From: a virus
Strand: one strand, 5' to 3'
Length of the DNA: 64,000 bases
Virus record (IMG/VR): IMGVR_UViG_3300023174_000052
Span: 96,001 to 160,000 of that record
Part shown: positions 19,074 through 28,703 of the stretch, piece by piece
Position numbering within the stretch: position 1 is the stretch's first letter
How the letters are laid out: each line of letters starts with the position of its first letter
Translations under genes and position numbers: made by a program
The notes under the pieces: generated by a model
What the model saw: only the letters and a program-made list of their open reading frames with translations
What the model was told of the DNA's origin: nothing
Databases searched by the model: none

Positions 19074-19899
19074 CTTCGACTCCTGTCATTTCCTCTATCA
19101 TTTTATTCAAAAGTAAAAACCTGGAGACATTGCCTTCGGTAATGTCGCTCGACGAAAGACTTTCAATTTGTGTTTTCACTTCGTTTAGTTTTTCTTTTAA
19201 AATTCCGTTACTATTTTTATGTGAAAATTCGTTAATAGTTTCGAAAGCTTCACATTTCGTCTTTTCTAAAAGCGGAACTAGATTTCTCTTGTCGCCTTGT
19301 AAAGACATTTTAACCATCTTAAATTGTTCTGTTGTTAATTCTTGTGAAACTTTCTCACAGACCTTTTTCTTCATGATATCGACGGACAATTTACTCGTTC
19401 GTCCACTCATTTCGAGAGATTCGATTTGTTTTCTTTCGCATAACATTTTCGAAACCTTTTGTTCATATTCAACGACTCTAGCTATATCTGCGTTAGTACC
19501 CATACGCCAATCGTTCAATAATGTCTGAACTGTTGCGAATGCTCTATAATCGGGAACTCTTTGCTCAAAAAACATGGGTTGATCGAGTCTTTTATTAATT
19601 GATTTAATTAAAAGACCCTTTTCTCTATCGAGCGCATTAAAATCGTGTTGCTTCGCAGCACGCTTTGCTTCGTCAAGAATTCTAAGAGCGATAGACTCAG
19701 TGTCGACCGTAGTTCTTACGAGCGCGTTAAAAAGTCTAAATTCTCTATGAAGATGCGTTCCAGGTGCAAAGTGTTCACGAACAATCGCCATCGCCTCACG
19801 AGCCTGATCGACGTTTCCATCGATCAAAGACTTCGAGATGAAGCGCACGAGCTGCTCATAAATAATCGCAGCATTTCTCTTTTTATTGTGCCTCATCAC
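19060..19899 (-). CDS. Hypothetical helical protein between portal and protease
   Basis: 279 aa ORF overlapping both neighbours; starts MRHNKKRN...YEQLVR. Confidence 0.75.
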   Translation of the reverse strand: MMRHNKKRNAAIIYEQLVRFISKSLIDGNVDQAREAMAIVREHFAPGTHLHREFRLFNALVRTTVDTESIALRILDEAKRAAKQHDFNALDREKGLLIKSINKRLDQPMFFEQRVPDYRAFATVQTLLNDWRMGTNADIARVVEYEQKVSKMLCERKQIESLEMSGRTSKLSVDIMKKKVCEKVSQELTTEQFKMVKMSLQGDKRNLVPLLEKTKCEAFETINEFSHKNSNGILKEKLNEVKTQIESLSSSDITEGNVSRFLLLNKMIEEMTGVEDGGR

Positions 19900-21824
19900 T
19901 CACTCTCCAGGTCATCACGACCCACTAAAACTTCTGAAAGAATTCCGCTACCCGATTTATTACCTATATTGCCCGAAAGCTTTTTGAAAATATTCTCTAA
20001 TTCTGATGTCATTCTAGGCGAAGTCGAAACGCTCGTTTCTCCTAGCATAGCATCCTTTAATGATATAGGTAGTTCATCTTCGAAAATATTAGCTCCCGTT
20101 AATGTATCTCCGAATGGTCTATTTAAAGTATCTTGTGTTCGACCGCCAGATACCATCGAAGAAAAGTCTGGGAGGTGTTTTTCTCCACGGCCTTTAGACC
20201 TGGTTAATTTTTTCTTATTTATTTCTTTTCCCCACATATTTTTCTTCGCTTCACTCGATGCTTTTACAGGAAATTCGATGTTACCTCGACCGGTGGGTTC
20301 ATAGGCCGAGAATAAATCTCCTCCAGCTTCTTCGCCGCCACCGGCATCTGGGGTCGTAGTATCTCCGCCCGTATCACCGCCCATGTCTCCACCTGCGTCT
20401 CCACCTGCGTCTCCACCTGTCCCACCTTCAGGCGTTGCAGCTTCAACTTCTGCGTCTTCGATCTTATCTTTCTTTCTACCGTCTTTAATTCTAGCGATCT
20501 CTTCTTCTGTAAGGCCGAGAATATTCCTTCGTATCCATGTTTTATCTACAGCTCCTTCGGGAGCTGCACCTGCTATTTCAAATTTTGTCTTAATTAATTC
20601 AAGCTTTTGCATTTGCGCAACAGAACTTGGATTATTAAGCATCAACTTAAAATTTAGAATCGCTTCATCAGTAAACCCATGTGAATAAAGATGAATCATT
20701 GCGATCTTATTCAACTCAGAAATAATGACCTTCTGGATTCTAGATATTGTTCTTGAAAATCGTATATCTTCTTGGGCCAGCGTCGCCTTAGAACCAATTT
20801 CTTCGTCATACCCAAGATACGCCTTTGGTATTTTAAGCGCTGCGAATAATTTCTTTTGGATATACTGTACGTCTTCGACGGCTGCTGTATTTTGTCCACC
20901 TGCCAAAGTGTCGATCTTCGTACCAGACTCTCCACCTCTAACCGGGATGAAATAGTCGTCAAGACCACTAAGTGGATTGAATCGAAGATCGACCCTACCT
21001 GTCGACTTATCGATAACCATATTTCTTTTAAGACTAGATTGTATATTTTGCATATAGTTTTCTACTTCCTCAGGAGGAATGTTTCCTACGTCGATGTAGA
21101 ATATTCTTCGTTCAGGAGCGCGGACAACTCGATAAAGAAGCATCGCATCTTCGCTAAGAATTAACTGTCTCCAAATTCTACGAGCCGATTCTAGAACAGA
21201 CGCTCCATATGGAAGAAACGCGTCGTTCCCCAATAATCTAAAATGCACTACTTGCCAATTTTCTAATACTTTGTTTCCTTTCGTGACCCATCGAAATCGA
21301 ACTGCGAGTGGATCTTCTGGGTCGTATCCTTCTTCTCGTTCCATTTCTGCGATCGGAATTGGAAGCGCATTGATAATCCCAAATTTTGGATCAACGTCGA
21401 GAAACGAAAAGAAGTCTCCATATTTGCAAAGATTTCTTGTCCACATCGGAAGATTGAAATCTATATTCAAATTATCATAAAAAAGATCCTCGAGCAATTC
21501 TCTTATTGCTCGATTGTCAGAATAAATGTGTAATACCCTTCCGTTTTCATCTTGCGATGCGGCCTCTTCCGAATAAATGTCGAGGGCCGAAGAAATTTCT
21601 GGCGTTGATTCCATTTCGCTGAAATCACTGTAACGACTCATTCTATCGAACGAACCATACGCAGAAACTGTAGAAGCGTAGATGTCCGAAACATTTCTTC
21701 GAAAAAGTTCATAGGAGGACGAAGCCGTAGGAGTAGTATACCCTTTTACTTTCCTCTTTACGACGGGTCCTGATCTAAAAAGCTTTGTTAGTCTACTGAA
21801 TAGACTCTCATTTCTATCTGCCAT
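19896..21824 (-). CDS. Portal protein (T4 gp20-like)
   Basis: PEISSALD, LSEDAMLLYRVVRAPERRIFYIDVGNIP, DYFIPVRGG.SGTKIDTLAGG, LFAALKIP, EDIRFSR. Confidence 0.96.
   Translation of the reverse strand: MADRNESLFSRLTKLFRSGPVVKRKVKGYTTPTASSSYELFRRNVSDIYASTVSAYGSFDRMSRYSDFSEMESTPEISSALDIYSEEAASQDENGRVLHIYSDNRAIRELLEDLFYDNLNIDFNLPMWTRNLCKYGDFFSFLDVDPKFGIINALPIPIAEMEREEGYDPEDPLAVRFRWVTKGNKVLENWQVVHFRLLGNDAFLPYGASVLESARRIWRQLILSEDAMLLYRVVRAPERRIFYIDVGNIPPEEVENYMQNIQSSLKRNMVIDKSTGRVDLRFNPLSGLDDYFIPVRGGESGTKIDTLAGGQNTAAVEDVQYIQKKLFAALKIPKAYLGYDEEIGSKATLAQEDIRFSRTISRIQKVIISELNKIAMIHLYSHGFTDEAILNFKLMLNNPSSVAQMQKLELIKTKFEIAGAAPEGAVDKTWIRRNILGLTEEEIARIKDGRKKDKIEDAEVEAATPEGGTGGDAGGDAGGDMGGDTGGDTTTPDAGGGEEAGGDLFSAYEPTGRGNIEFPVKASSEAKKNMWGKEINKKKLTRSKGRGEKHLPDFSSMVSGGRTQDTLNRPFGDTLTGANIFEDELPISLKDAMLGETSVSTSPRMTSELENIFKKLSGNIGNKSGSGILSEVLVGRDDLESE
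20358..20426. repeat. 12-bp tandem repeats encoding GGD-x units in the portal C-terminal tail
   Basis: GTCTCCACCTGC twice plus a near-complete third copy (20385-20419) and degenerate copies; protein GGTGGDAGGDAGGDMGGDTGGDT. Confidence 0.8.
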
Positions 21825-23417
21825 TTATTTATACATCCATAATAGTTCGGGTGGTATCGGTGCAGTTGAATCTGAACCGAAATACTTCGAATCGTACCTA
21901 TTCGGTTTCAAGGCGTCTCTGGCGCCGAATTGAATCGGCATATTATTGTTTTTTTGTTCGTTGACTTTAAATCCTGCTGCGAGAGACCATTGACCAGATT
22001 GATACGATTGTGATGTATCTCTGTTTGGTTCAAAAAGACTACATCCAATTGCCGAGGCCATGACGAGATCGTCGTTGAATCCTTTTTGAGCGCGAGCTGT
22101 GTTTCCGATCCAAACGAAAGTCTTAAGCTCATCTAATAACCTCGCTGAGTATATTCTAATCCGTCCTGTGCGAAGGTATTCCTCAAATTTCGTTAAAATC
22201 GTAGGTTTATTTTGTCCTGAGGTGTTAAAACCTATTTTTCCGATCGGAATGTCAACTGCGTATTTGAATCTTATATCATTTATGTGCAGGTTAGGATACG
22301 CTAATTCTTTTAATTTTGTGATGGTCGCAAATCCATATGTGTTATTCTCAGGACAGACTATCGCCTTATTATATTTTAAACCGATTTCGTTGATCAACGT
22401 GCCCAATTGATCTGGTGGTAGCTTTCCTCTAAATTCACAAACCTGTTCACATTCGTTAGTGTCAAAGACTTGTATAGTAGAATAATCTAATGCGTCTCCT
22501 CGAGAAACGTCAGCGGATAGAACGTACTTGTGATTTGGTAGAGCATATTTCCAAACCCAAACTCCCATTTCTGGGCCCCATCTTTCTAACGGGTTTCTAC
22601 ACGAGGCTCTAATCTTTTCATAATCTTCTGCATTTATAAAAGTATCGCCAGATGAAGAGAAGTCGCAAAGTAATTCTTGCGCGATCTCTTTTCTCGTTAA
22701 GTTCCTAGACTCTTGCTCGAACCATCTTTCGTCTCTATCAGGGTGAACGTCCCAAGGTAATTTTATGGGATTAAAATCAGATGTCCCTGCGTCGGCGTCT
22801 ATCCATAATTTATGAAATTGATTTCCGACACCCGACGGTGTACTAAGAATAATCGCAGAACCACCCGTCGACAAGGTAGGGTAAAGACCTTTCCATAATT
22901 CGTCGAAGTCTCTAATGAATGCAGCTTCGTCGACGATCAGTAACGATAGTGCTTCAGAACGACCCGCATCTTCTGACGTTGGAACTGCCTTTATTATAGA
23001 ACCATTAGAAAATTCTATTTGCGTTTTTGTATGCGACGTAATTTCTGAAATCACAAGCCATTCAGGCAATCCCTCTAACATCGTCTTTACTTTTCTAATA
23101 AAGTTTTGAGCAACTGCAAGTTTCGTCGCGATTACTAAAATGTTTTTTTGCTTATAGAAAACGCCTTGCCATAGAGCATACGCAGCAGTGATAGTAGATA
23201 GCCCAAGTTGTCTAGACTTTAAAACGATATTAAAACGATGCTTATTAAATTCTTTTACGCAATCATCCTGGAATGGGTACGTTCTAAATGGAACGAGGCC
23301 TTTTTTAGGGTGCGTAATTTTAACGTACGTATTAATAAAATGTAGAGGTTCCTTACCGCATTTAATGATTTCATTAACCTGCGATTGCTTGGTCACTACT
23401 ACTTTCTGACTAGCCAA
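21825..23417 (-). CDS. terL: Terminase large subunit (T4 gp17-like)
   Basis: YPFQ, KSRQLGLST (Walker A), LLIVDEAAF (Walker B), STPSG, ADVSRG..LDYS and DDLVMA nuclease motifs. Confidence 0.96.
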   Translation of the reverse strand: MASQKVVVTKQSQVNEIIKCGKEPLHFINTYVKITHPKKGLVPFRTYPFQDDCVKEFNKHRFNIVLKSRQLGLSTITAAYALWQGVFYKQKNILVIATKLAVAQNFIRKVKTMLEGLPEWLVISEITSHTKTQIEFSNGSIIKAVPTSEDAGRSEALSLLIVDEAAFIRDFDELWKGLYPTLSTGGSAIILSTPSGVGNQFHKLWIDADAGTSDFNPIKLPWDVHPDRDERWFEQESRNLTRKEIAQELLCDFSSSGDTFINAEDYEKIRASCRNPLERWGPEMGVWVWKYALPNHKYVLSADVSRGDALDYSTIQVFDTNECEQVCEFRGKLPPDQLGTLINEIGLKYNKAIVCPENNTYGFATITKLKELAYPNLHINDIRFKYAVDIPIGKIGFNTSGQNKPTILTKFEEYLRTGRIRIYSARLLDELKTFVWIGNTARAQKGFNDDLVMASAIGCSLFEPNRDTSQSYQSGQWSLAAGFKVNEQKNNNMPIQFGARDALKPNRYDSKYFGSDSTAPIPPELLWMYK

Positions 23418-23778
23418 TTTCGTATGTCACAAATCGACGATAGTACGCGACTTTTTTAGGAGAATGAAACGTAACAGAAATCACTTCAATAGAATCGTCG
23501 GTAGAAACCTCTTTGCATTTCAATGCCTTTCCTGACGCTTCTTTGTAAGTTTTTTTGACTGTCTTTAGTGCGTCATTTATCATGTCTATGGATCTAGTAG
23601 ATTCCTTACCTACCTGCGATCTCAGCGATGCGTCACTGGCGAAATTGACTATCGTTGTATAGGTCAACATCATGCGACCTTCACCAGGAAATTTATAGAT
23701 GATAGATTCGGTTCCGTTTGAAGAACCTTTGATATTTTCAAGACATTGCGCCAGACAGTTTAAGTCGTAAGTTAACAT
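23410..23778 (-). CDS. Hypothetical protein
   Basis: 122 aa; SD GGAG; GATATTTA motif upstream; 8-nt overlap with terL. Confidence 0.75.
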   Translation of the reverse strand: MLTYDLNCLAQCLENIKGSSNGTESIIYKFPGEGRMMLTYTTIVNFASDASLRSQVGKESTRSIDMINDALKTVKKTYKEASGKALKCKEVSTDDSIEVISVTFHSPKKVAYYRRFVTYEIG

Positions 23779-23779
23779 T

Positions 23780-24115
23780 TTATTTCTCCGTAGTTAAATA
23801 TCTAATCACAAGCAAAGAATTTCGATCTGTTTTTTTGTTTTCTACGTCCTGGGCTGACGGACGGACGCCTTCTTTCCACGCTTTTAGATTCATTTCTGCG
23901 AAATCACTTTCGCATGCCCTACAACAAAAAACTCTGTCATATGCTTCGTTATCTATGTTGCTAGACATGACAGTATCACAAATTGGACAAAAAAATGGTG
24001 CACCGACTTCTTCTATTTTCGAAAAGAAGTCGGCCTGTTTTTCAAGCCCAAACGTAAGCGTCCGCGCCTTGCTTTGATATTTCGATGATGTTGTCGACTG
24101 CATCTTTGATTGCAT
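23780..24115 (-). CDS. Small zinc-finger protein (start uncertain)
   Basis: CPIC...CCRAC motif; the 5' end overlaps the SbcCD gene by 74 nt. Confidence 0.65.
   Translation of the reverse strand: MQSKMQSTTSSKYQSKARTLTFGLEKQADFFSKIEEVGAPFFCPICDTVMSSNIDNEAYDRVFCCRACESDFAEMNLKAWKEGVRPSAQDVENKKTDRNSLLVIRYLTTEK
23795..23802 (-). promoter_or_regulatory. Candidate phage late promoter GATATTTA heading the packaging/head operon
   Basis: GATANWTA match exactly at the boundary between replication genes and the terminase-portal block. Confidence 0.5.
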
Positions 24116-27100
24116 CCACGTGTGATATTACAATAATTGTCTTAAAAAATCTCTTCAATGAAACAAGAAGACGATTGCATGCTTCTACGTTAACGTCGTC
24201 AAGAGCGCCGAAACCTTCATCGATAATAAACATATCTGATTTGGGCAAAGACGAAACATTAATGAGAGCGACTCGCAAAGCTAAAGACGCCATCATTTTT
24301 TCCATTCCCGACCCCAATTCTACAGGACGTTGCGAATCGCCATAATCTAAGTTAACATCGAGATTATTTCCGTCAGATACTAAAACAACGGTAAATCCGC
24401 AAATACCTTGTAGAATAGAAGCGATCTCCTGATTAATTCTTGGTAATTGTTGAGCAAGAACAACCTGTGGTAATCCGTTCTTCCCGTACGCTTGGATTAA
24501 TGCTTCGAAGATCTTCCAGTCCTTGACGTGTTCAGAATATTTTTCTTTATCATTTTTATGCTTCGCGAGATTCGAAATCTCAGAACCGATCATTCTCTCC
24601 GTGTTAAGGAGGTTAGATTCTGCTTGACGCAATGAACCGGTCGTTTCCTTTAGTTCGGATTCGATTGATTCGATAATCGCAGCGTTATCTTCGTCGATCA
24701 AATTGAGTTTCATCTCGACGATTTTCTCTTCGATTTCTTTGATCTTCTTAAGAGCGTCGATAGATTTCGAAGCGTAAGAATTCTTTTCGATCGAAGATGC
24801 TTTGGAAGCAGCGTCTAAGCCAATCTCTTCTCGGAGTACTGCTTCGTATTTCTTTAATTTTTCTTCGATAGACTTCGACTTGATTAAAGAAATAGAATCA
24901 TTTGCATCCTTTAATTGTTGCGTTAAATTTTCAATCGTCAGTCGCTGTGTTTCGATGAGTGTCTTATCACGATGCGAATCTTTAATAAATTTGCATGTAG
25001 GAAACTTATCTCCGCAAGGTACTTCTGACAACCTTGAGATAGACTTTTGTTGCTGTTTAAGCTTCTCGTTTTCTTTTTCAAGATCCGATGATAGTTTAGC
25101 CTCGCCGATTTCGAGTTGTCGTAATGAAGACAGTTCTTGTTTAAGAGCATCAATGGGAAAATTATTTTTGATACTCGAAATTTTTTCGAGTCTTGAAGAT
25201 TGTTGTTTGATTTTTTCGTCAATTTCTTCCATACTCTTTTCGTAAGAAATTAAAGAATTTTGCAATTTCGTGAGATCTTGTTCCTTCGACTTAATATCAG
25301 ATCGTGTATATCCAGAACCTGTTCTGGACGTTGCAAGACTTACATTGAGGCTGATCTGTTTTTTCTTTAAATCTTCTATTCTCTTTTCTAAATTACTCTT
25401 GCTATTGTTTAGTTCGTGAATTTTATCGTTGCAATCTTCAATTGCGACTTCATAATTAACGTTCGAACCTTGCTTTAAGGCAACCTTTGTATTATACGAT
25501 TCCTCTTTTAGCTTAACAAGAATCTGATCAAATATCCCAAGATCCAAAAAGTTATTCAATAACTTCTTTCTATCTGTTGCTCCGTTTCTAATGAACGTGT
25601 TCATTTCTCCTTGTGAAGCAAATGAAGTCAAAAGAAAATCGCTGGGCTCGCCGATTAATTCTCGCAGTGCCTTATCTGAATCACGGCGTTGCTCTCCAGA
25701 TATATCTTCGATAATCTCTCCAGATTCATCGATTCGATATAGATTCATCTTCGTGTTAGCGCCGACACCTCGAGGATTGCTCCACTTAATCGACATTCTC
25801 TCTGCGCGGTATAGATTGCCGTTCATTTCAAATTCGACTTTAGCTTCGCAATCTCCCTTCCTCGCGTTAATGACGTGTAGATTGCTGATAGACCCACGAT
25901 CTGTGTCATTAAAAAGAGAGTACATTAATGTACCAGGAATGGAAGACTTTCCACATCGATTTACTCCGAATAAACCGATAACTCCTTCAAGAGACGAAAA
26001 ATCTATACGATTGCCCTTTCCATATGCGAATGTATTTTCCCATTCCATATTTCGAATCGACCACTTACGATTTCGATTAGTCTCAAAATTCTCGAAAGAA
26101 TGTAGAATACTATAAACAGTATTATCAATTCGCTCCCACTCTTCTTGCGTAAACTTTGATTCTCCGAAATATTCGCGTAATGCTTTATTATGAAACTCTT
26201 CGTTACGAAGCGATGATTGCTCTAATTCTGATTCGCCGATTAAAATATTTGAAGCGTTTTGATGCTCAGTAATTCGCCATGTTAATTCGGATGGTTCTAA
26301 TGTCGATTTCACGAGAAAAGAAAACTTTTTAATATCTTCTTGACTCAAAATTTGATCTGACATTACCCGGAGACGACAACCTTTCGAAAATCCATCGCAA
26401 GAAGCGAAGGTAAGATCTGCGGTTCCATCCCATTCAATCGTATAAAATGGATTCGGCGACTTAATTACACGGCGGACTGATCTGAATTCATCTTTAGACC
26501 GAATATCCCATAGAAGATATCCCTTATCAATATCCTCGGAGTAATCCTGTTGAATCGTAGAGCCAGGATATGCGAATCGCTTAGCTGTATCAAGATATTG
26601 AAATTTGTGAATGTCTCCGAACATTCCGAAATCGAATCCTGCGAATAGAGACAAATCGCATTCAGATTCGATCTCCCAGCCAATGTCGGTCATAGACTTC
26701 GCGATTGGTCCGTGAAATAAAGAGATATTGATTTTATTTTCGATCGGTTTAAGGTTTCCCCAATTCTCCTCGTCGAAACAACTAAAATTCGTCCACACTA
26801 CTCCAAATTCATCGTCGTAATACTGCATGGAATCTCGAAGAAAAATAATTCGAGGATTCGAAAGCGTATTAATGATAGGAGTGATCGTATCCATTCGAGA
26901 TTTATTAAGAATAAGACCGTCATGATTACCGAGCGTCACAATAACAGGCGCAATTTCTGCAAGACGATTGAACCACCACGTGAGTCGTTGAATCAACTCG
27001 GGAGAAATTCCCATCGTCTTCGTATGCACAATATCGCCTGCGACGACGATGCGATCAACTTTTTGTTTCTTCGCGTCGGCGGCGAGGCGCTCGAAAACCT

Positions 27101-27164
27101 CAGTATATTCTTCATGACGTTTTAAACCACGCCAATGAACATCTGCAATATGACAAACTCTCAC
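24042..27164 (-). CDS. Fused SbcD/Mre11 nuclease - SbcC/Rad50 ATPase (gp47-gp46-like)
   Basis: N-terminal metallophosphoesterase DVH, GDIVH, GNHD, HG, GDIH; then Walker A GVNRCGKS, Q-loop SQGE, long coiled coil, GSGME signature, IIDEGFGALD and ISH. Confidence 0.93.
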   Translation of the reverse strand: MRVCHIADVHWRGLKRHEEYTEVFERLAADAKKQKVDRIVVAGDIVHTKTMGISPELIQRLTWWFNRLAEIAPVIVTLGNHDGLILNKSRMDTITPIINTLSNPRIIFLRDSMQYYDDEFGVVWTNFSCFDEENWGNLKPIENKINISLFHGPIAKSMTDIGWEIESECDLSLFAGFDFGMFGDIHKFQYLDTAKRFAYPGSTIQQDYSEDIDKGYLLWDIRSKDEFRSVRRVIKSPNPFYTIEWDGTADLTFASCDGFSKGCRLRVMSDQILSQEDIKKFSFLVKSTLEPSELTWRITEHQNASNILIGESELEQSSLRNEEFHNKALREYFGESKFTQEEWERIDNTVYSILHSFENFETNRNRKWSIRNMEWENTFAYGKGNRIDFSSLEGVIGLFGVNRCGKSSIPGTLMYSLFNDTDRGSISNLHVINARKGDCEAKVEFEMNGNLYRAERMSIKWSNPRGVGANTKMNLYRIDESGEIIEDISGEQRRDSDKALRELIGEPSDFLLTSFASQGEMNTFIRNGATDRKKLLNNFLDLGIFDQILVKLKEESYNTKVALKQGSNVNYEVAIEDCNDKIHELNNSKSNLEKRIEDLKKKQISLNVSLATSRTGSGYTRSDIKSKEQDLTKLQNSLISYEKSMEEIDEKIKQQSSRLEKISSIKNNFPIDALKQELSSLRQLEIGEAKLSSDLEKENEKLKQQQKSISRLSEVPCGDKFPTCKFIKDSHRDKTLIETQRLTIENLTQQLKDANDSISLIKSKSIEEKLKKYEAVLREEIGLDAASKASSIEKNSYASKSIDALKKIKEIEEKIVEMKLNLIDEDNAAIIESIESELKETTGSLRQAESNLLNTERMIGSEISNLAKHKNDKEKYSEHVKDWKIFEALIQAYGKNGLPQVVLAQQLPRINQEIASILQGICGFTVVLVSDGNNLDVNLDYGDSQRPVELGSGMEKMMASLALRVALINVSSLPKSDMFIIDEGFGALDDVNVEACNRLLVSLKRFFKTIIVISHVDAIKDAVDNIIEISKQGADAYVWA

Positions 27165-27172
27165 TATTTACC

Positions 27173-28138
27173 TCAGAGTAACGAACCAGTCGTAATGTTG
27201 TTGATTCTAAAAATTAGACCACTCATTGGATTCCACTCGGTAGCTGTCTTTTTTAAATTTTCGAATTCTTCATTCGACATATCACCGACATCGATTCCAG
27301 CAGGAATCTTTACGAATTTTATAGAAATGTTATACTGATATAAAATCTTTGCTATTTTATGCGCTTTTATAATCGCATCTGGGTCTAATGCTATGGTTAC
27401 GTTCGTTTGGTTTTCAACTATCCTCCGAAATAACAAAGAATCCTGTGGTAACGTCGAACCTAATAAAGAGACTGCATTTTCACCAGCCTTGAATAAATCG
27501 AATGGACCTTCTACAAGAGTAAGAGGTTTCCTCCAATCGATATCGACTTCATTAAAAATGATCGACTTTCTATTGACCTTTGGATTAACGTATCGATACT
27601 TGGCATCAGGTTCAATCGAGCGAGCGGTCCAATAATTAATCTTTCCTTCTGAATCGAAAGAAGGTATGACGACTCTTCGTCTCAACCTACCACCGATAGC
27701 TCCTAAAATCCTATATCGATAAGCAGAGTCGATATCGATACCACGACGTTCCAAATAATTTACGATTGCCTGTGCGTCTGGGTCTGATGATTCGTATAAT
27801 TCGTCGATGTTCAATGCGTCAGGAAGTTCTACGACCTCGTCTTTGGGTTTTTCATCGTCGATAAAGTCAGAGCGAATGGCATTTTTTTCAAATCTTTCGC
27901 ACCACTCTCTGTGTAAAGACGGAGCAAACTTTCTTAAAAGTGAAGGTACAGAACGACCTTTTACTTCACATACCCAACAATGCCATTGTCCAGTATCAAT
28001 TTTAATAGCTAGCTTTTTCTTATTTTTCCCGCTTCCACACGCAGGACAAGAAAAAGCTACGTTAGCCCCGTCTCTTGCTACTTCGCAATCGCCCAGGGCT
28101 CTTTTCAGTAGCGTCAGTCTTTCGCCTACGTCGATCAT
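27173..28138 (-). CDS. DNA primase (Zn finger + TOPRIM)
   Basis: CPAC...HCWVC; YLERRGI; RVVIPSFD..G...YWTAR; KY.NP; LVEGPFD; ALDPD; DVGD. Confidence 0.9.
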   Translation of the reverse strand: MIDVGERLTLLKRALGDCEVARDGANVAFSCPACGSGKNKKKLAIKIDTGQWHCWVCEVKGRSVPSLLRKFAPSLHREWCERFEKNAIRSDFIDDEKPKDEVVELPDALNIDELYESSDPDAQAIVNYLERRGIDIDSAYRYRILGAIGGRLRRRVVIPSFDSEGKINYWTARSIEPDAKYRYVNPKVNRKSIIFNEVDIDWRKPLTLVEGPFDLFKAGENAVSLLGSTLPQDSLLFRRIVENQTNVTIALDPDAIIKAHKIAKILYQYNISIKFVKIPAGIDVGDMSNEEFENLKKTATEWNPMSGLIFRINNITTGSLL

Positions 28139-28703
28139 GATTGATTGTAAACAGGTCTGGTTTGTTTTTTAACAACAATACAGCTCGAGCGATGACATAC
28201 GCGTCCATGGCATCTTCAACGCCCTTTTCCAGTACAGTCTCGCCTTTTCTTGGCCCACTCTTTAGTACTTTCGTTTGCCATGCGTAATCTTTTTCTTGAG
28301 AATCTACCCACATTTTAACGATCGCTTTTGGATCCGAACCCCGAGGAATCTTTATACCAAGATTATTTCTGGCTATGGTCACAGATATAACATCGGGCGG
28401 GATCGATAATACTTCTCTCGCGAGATAAGTCACTACACCATTAAATCTCGCGAGAGTCATTAAGACATGTGCCGATGAACGACCCCTTTGAAAACCCGTC
28501 AGATTAGCCTCTATTGAGACACGTTCTATGCCCCTTGTACTATATCGTTCTATCTCTTTCTTCACGTCCAGTGCTCTCTGGTGATGATCCGGAGAGTCTA
28601 AATAGACGAAGCTGGCTTCTATTAATTTTCCTGTTTCGTCGATCAGTGCAAAACCCGTACATGACGTGCTTACATCGATTCCGAGATATAATTTAGAAGT
28701 CAA
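28062..28703 (-). CDS. RuvC-like Holliday junction resolvase
   Basis: LGIDVSTSCTGFA, VSIE, LARFNG, K and D..DA motifs of the RuvC/RNase H fold. Confidence 0.85.
   Translation of the reverse strand: MTSKLYLGIDVSTSCTGFALIDETGKLIEASFVYLDSPDHHQRALDVKKEIERYSTRGIERVSIEANLTGFQRGRSSAHVLMTLARFNGVVTYLAREVLSIPPDVISVTIARNNLGIKIPRGSDPKAIVKMWVDSQEKDYAWQTKVLKSGPRKGETVLEKGVEDAMDAYVIARAVLLLKNKPDLFTINHDRRRRKTDATEKSPGRLRSSKRRG

Noticed and set aside
21970-21996. TerL C-terminal QWSLAAGF as another W-x-x-L-A tag
   Set aside because: Spacing differs and it is about 45 aa from the end; likely coincidental.
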